From Candidatus Bathyarchaeota archaeon (GTDB taxonomy: Archaea; Thermoproteota; Bathyarchaeia; Bathyarchaeales; Bathycorpusculaceae): a stretch of 64,000 nt of DNA. The stretch lies in assembly GCA_963780185.1 (NCBI GenBank), contig CAWABA010000005.1, forward strand, positions 112,964-176,963. The letters are read 5' to 3'. Below, in pieces: positions 62,865-64,000 of the stretch. The notes beneath the pieces are model-generated. The model made no database searches, was not told the DNA's origin, and saw only the letters and a list, made by a program, of their open reading frames with translations. The number at the start of each line of letters is the position of its first letter. Position 1 is the stretch's first letter. The translations under genes were made by a program, and so were the position numbers.

Positions 62865-64000
62865 CTGAGCAGAATGGCCGTTCTGCAGCATGGTGCGTCC
62901 AATACATCCGGCCAGGGAGGATTTTGGGCGGTATGGGGTTCCAAAAAGCTGAAAGCCATAAGCGTGATAGGAACCGGCAGTATCACCATAGCTGACCCGA
63001 AGGCATTAAATCAAGGCCCGGATTGAACAAGTGAAGCAGTATGCTTTTGACTTAGATAATCCCAAAGATCCCGGAACCCCAATTGTTTTAGAGCCCTCCC
63101 GGCCAGGCACCAATCTGGGATACAATGGCTACTTTAAAGCATACAAGCGGACAGAGGCCTCAGGCATGTATTGGCTGTCATTCAGGCTGCCGCAGGAGGT
63201 AGATGATAGCGGTCTTGGTAACGAAGCAACATGTTCTGAAACAGTGTTTTATCTGTCAGCAAAAACCGCCGAGATTCTCTACCAGGCCACAGATCTTGTA
63301 AATAAATACGGCATCAATTGTCTTGAAGCATACGGGTGTTATACCTATATGCGGGAACTCAACAAAGAGGGAATTTTGGGCCCCGGGAAAGAGATTGACT
63401 GCCCGCTCAATTTCGATGACATCGGAAGCCTTGAATTTATGGATCAGTTTTTGAAGATGGTAGCCTACCGGAATGACGGGCTCGGCAACGAGAACGAGTG
63501 CGGCAACATTATCGCCGAAGGAGCTGTCAGGGCAGCAGAGAAATGGGGCCGGCTGGAAGAGGACCTGAAGACCGGCAAGCTTGCGTATCCATACTGGGGA
63601 TTCTTCTTTCACGATGACCCGAATGGGGATTGAGTCAATGGGGGTACGGCACCATTCTGGGCGACCGGGATATTAATGAGCATGACATTATGCGGCTGTA
63701 CGTCTTTGAACGGCAAAAGTTTTATGCCGGCGCAAAACAGCTGTCGCCGGAAGAAGTCGTCACCATCGTTACGGATAAAATGGTCCCCTACCACAGGACG
63801 ACCGGCTCATGCTCGATTTCAGTACCGACAATATGTATTCCGAGCATATTGCAAAAGCTGGTGGCCTGGGCACCGCTACTATAACAGGTTCTGGAAGCAG
63901 TCAATGCTGCTATGCGACAATCGCTGGCCGAATTTTATCAATTCCTATGCGCCTGATATGATAGGTTCCACAGGCGAAGCAGAACCCTTGTTCTTTAATA
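62865..64000 (+). CDS. Aldehyde:ferredoxin oxidoreductase family, internal fragment with frameshifts
   Basis: LSRMA..GQGGF.AVWGSKKLKAISVIGTG; C..C..GC; DLVNKYGIN; MVAYR..IAEGAVRAAEKWG; no start codon. Confidence 0.8.

Overview
The window joins three unrelated pieces of DNA. (1) About 1-40,858 is archaeal and looks like Bathyarchaeia. It carries the spc ribosomal operon (uL5 to uL30, then uL15 and secY), split by an insert containing a terminase. After it come a PQQ-like beta-propeller surface protein and about 25 kb of decayed tailed-virus DNA. That viral DNA has divergent RHH regulators, a putative TerS gene separated from its TerL by tandem cassettes, four paralogous tail-fibre genes each followed by the same coiled-coil gene, and tape-measure and tail genes. 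The first fibre cassette holds the most novel feature: a protein with about 50 (His/Tyr/Phe)-x-(Asp/Asn) motifs, translationally coupled to a Pol-beta nucleotidyltransferase, a radical SAM/SPASM enzyme and a Cys-motif protein. This is a candidate RiPP-type system that heavily modifies a virion or fibre protein. (2) About 40,894-62,854 is a high-GC Hyphomicrobiales-type Mo-nitrogenase cluster (nifHDKENX, fdxB, nifQ, iscA, a small nifU, cysE, nifW, nifA, fdxN, nifT, truncated nifB) with sigma54 promoters and NifA sites. (3) About 62,855-64,000 is an internal fragment of an aldehyde:ferredoxin oxidoreductase gene. The first junction cuts genes on both sides and contains a Nanopore-adapter-like remnant. 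The second cuts a promoter and a gene. Single-base indels are frequent. The joins are therefore most likely long-read chimeras and not horizontal transfer. All assignments come from motif recognition by eye; no database searches were run.
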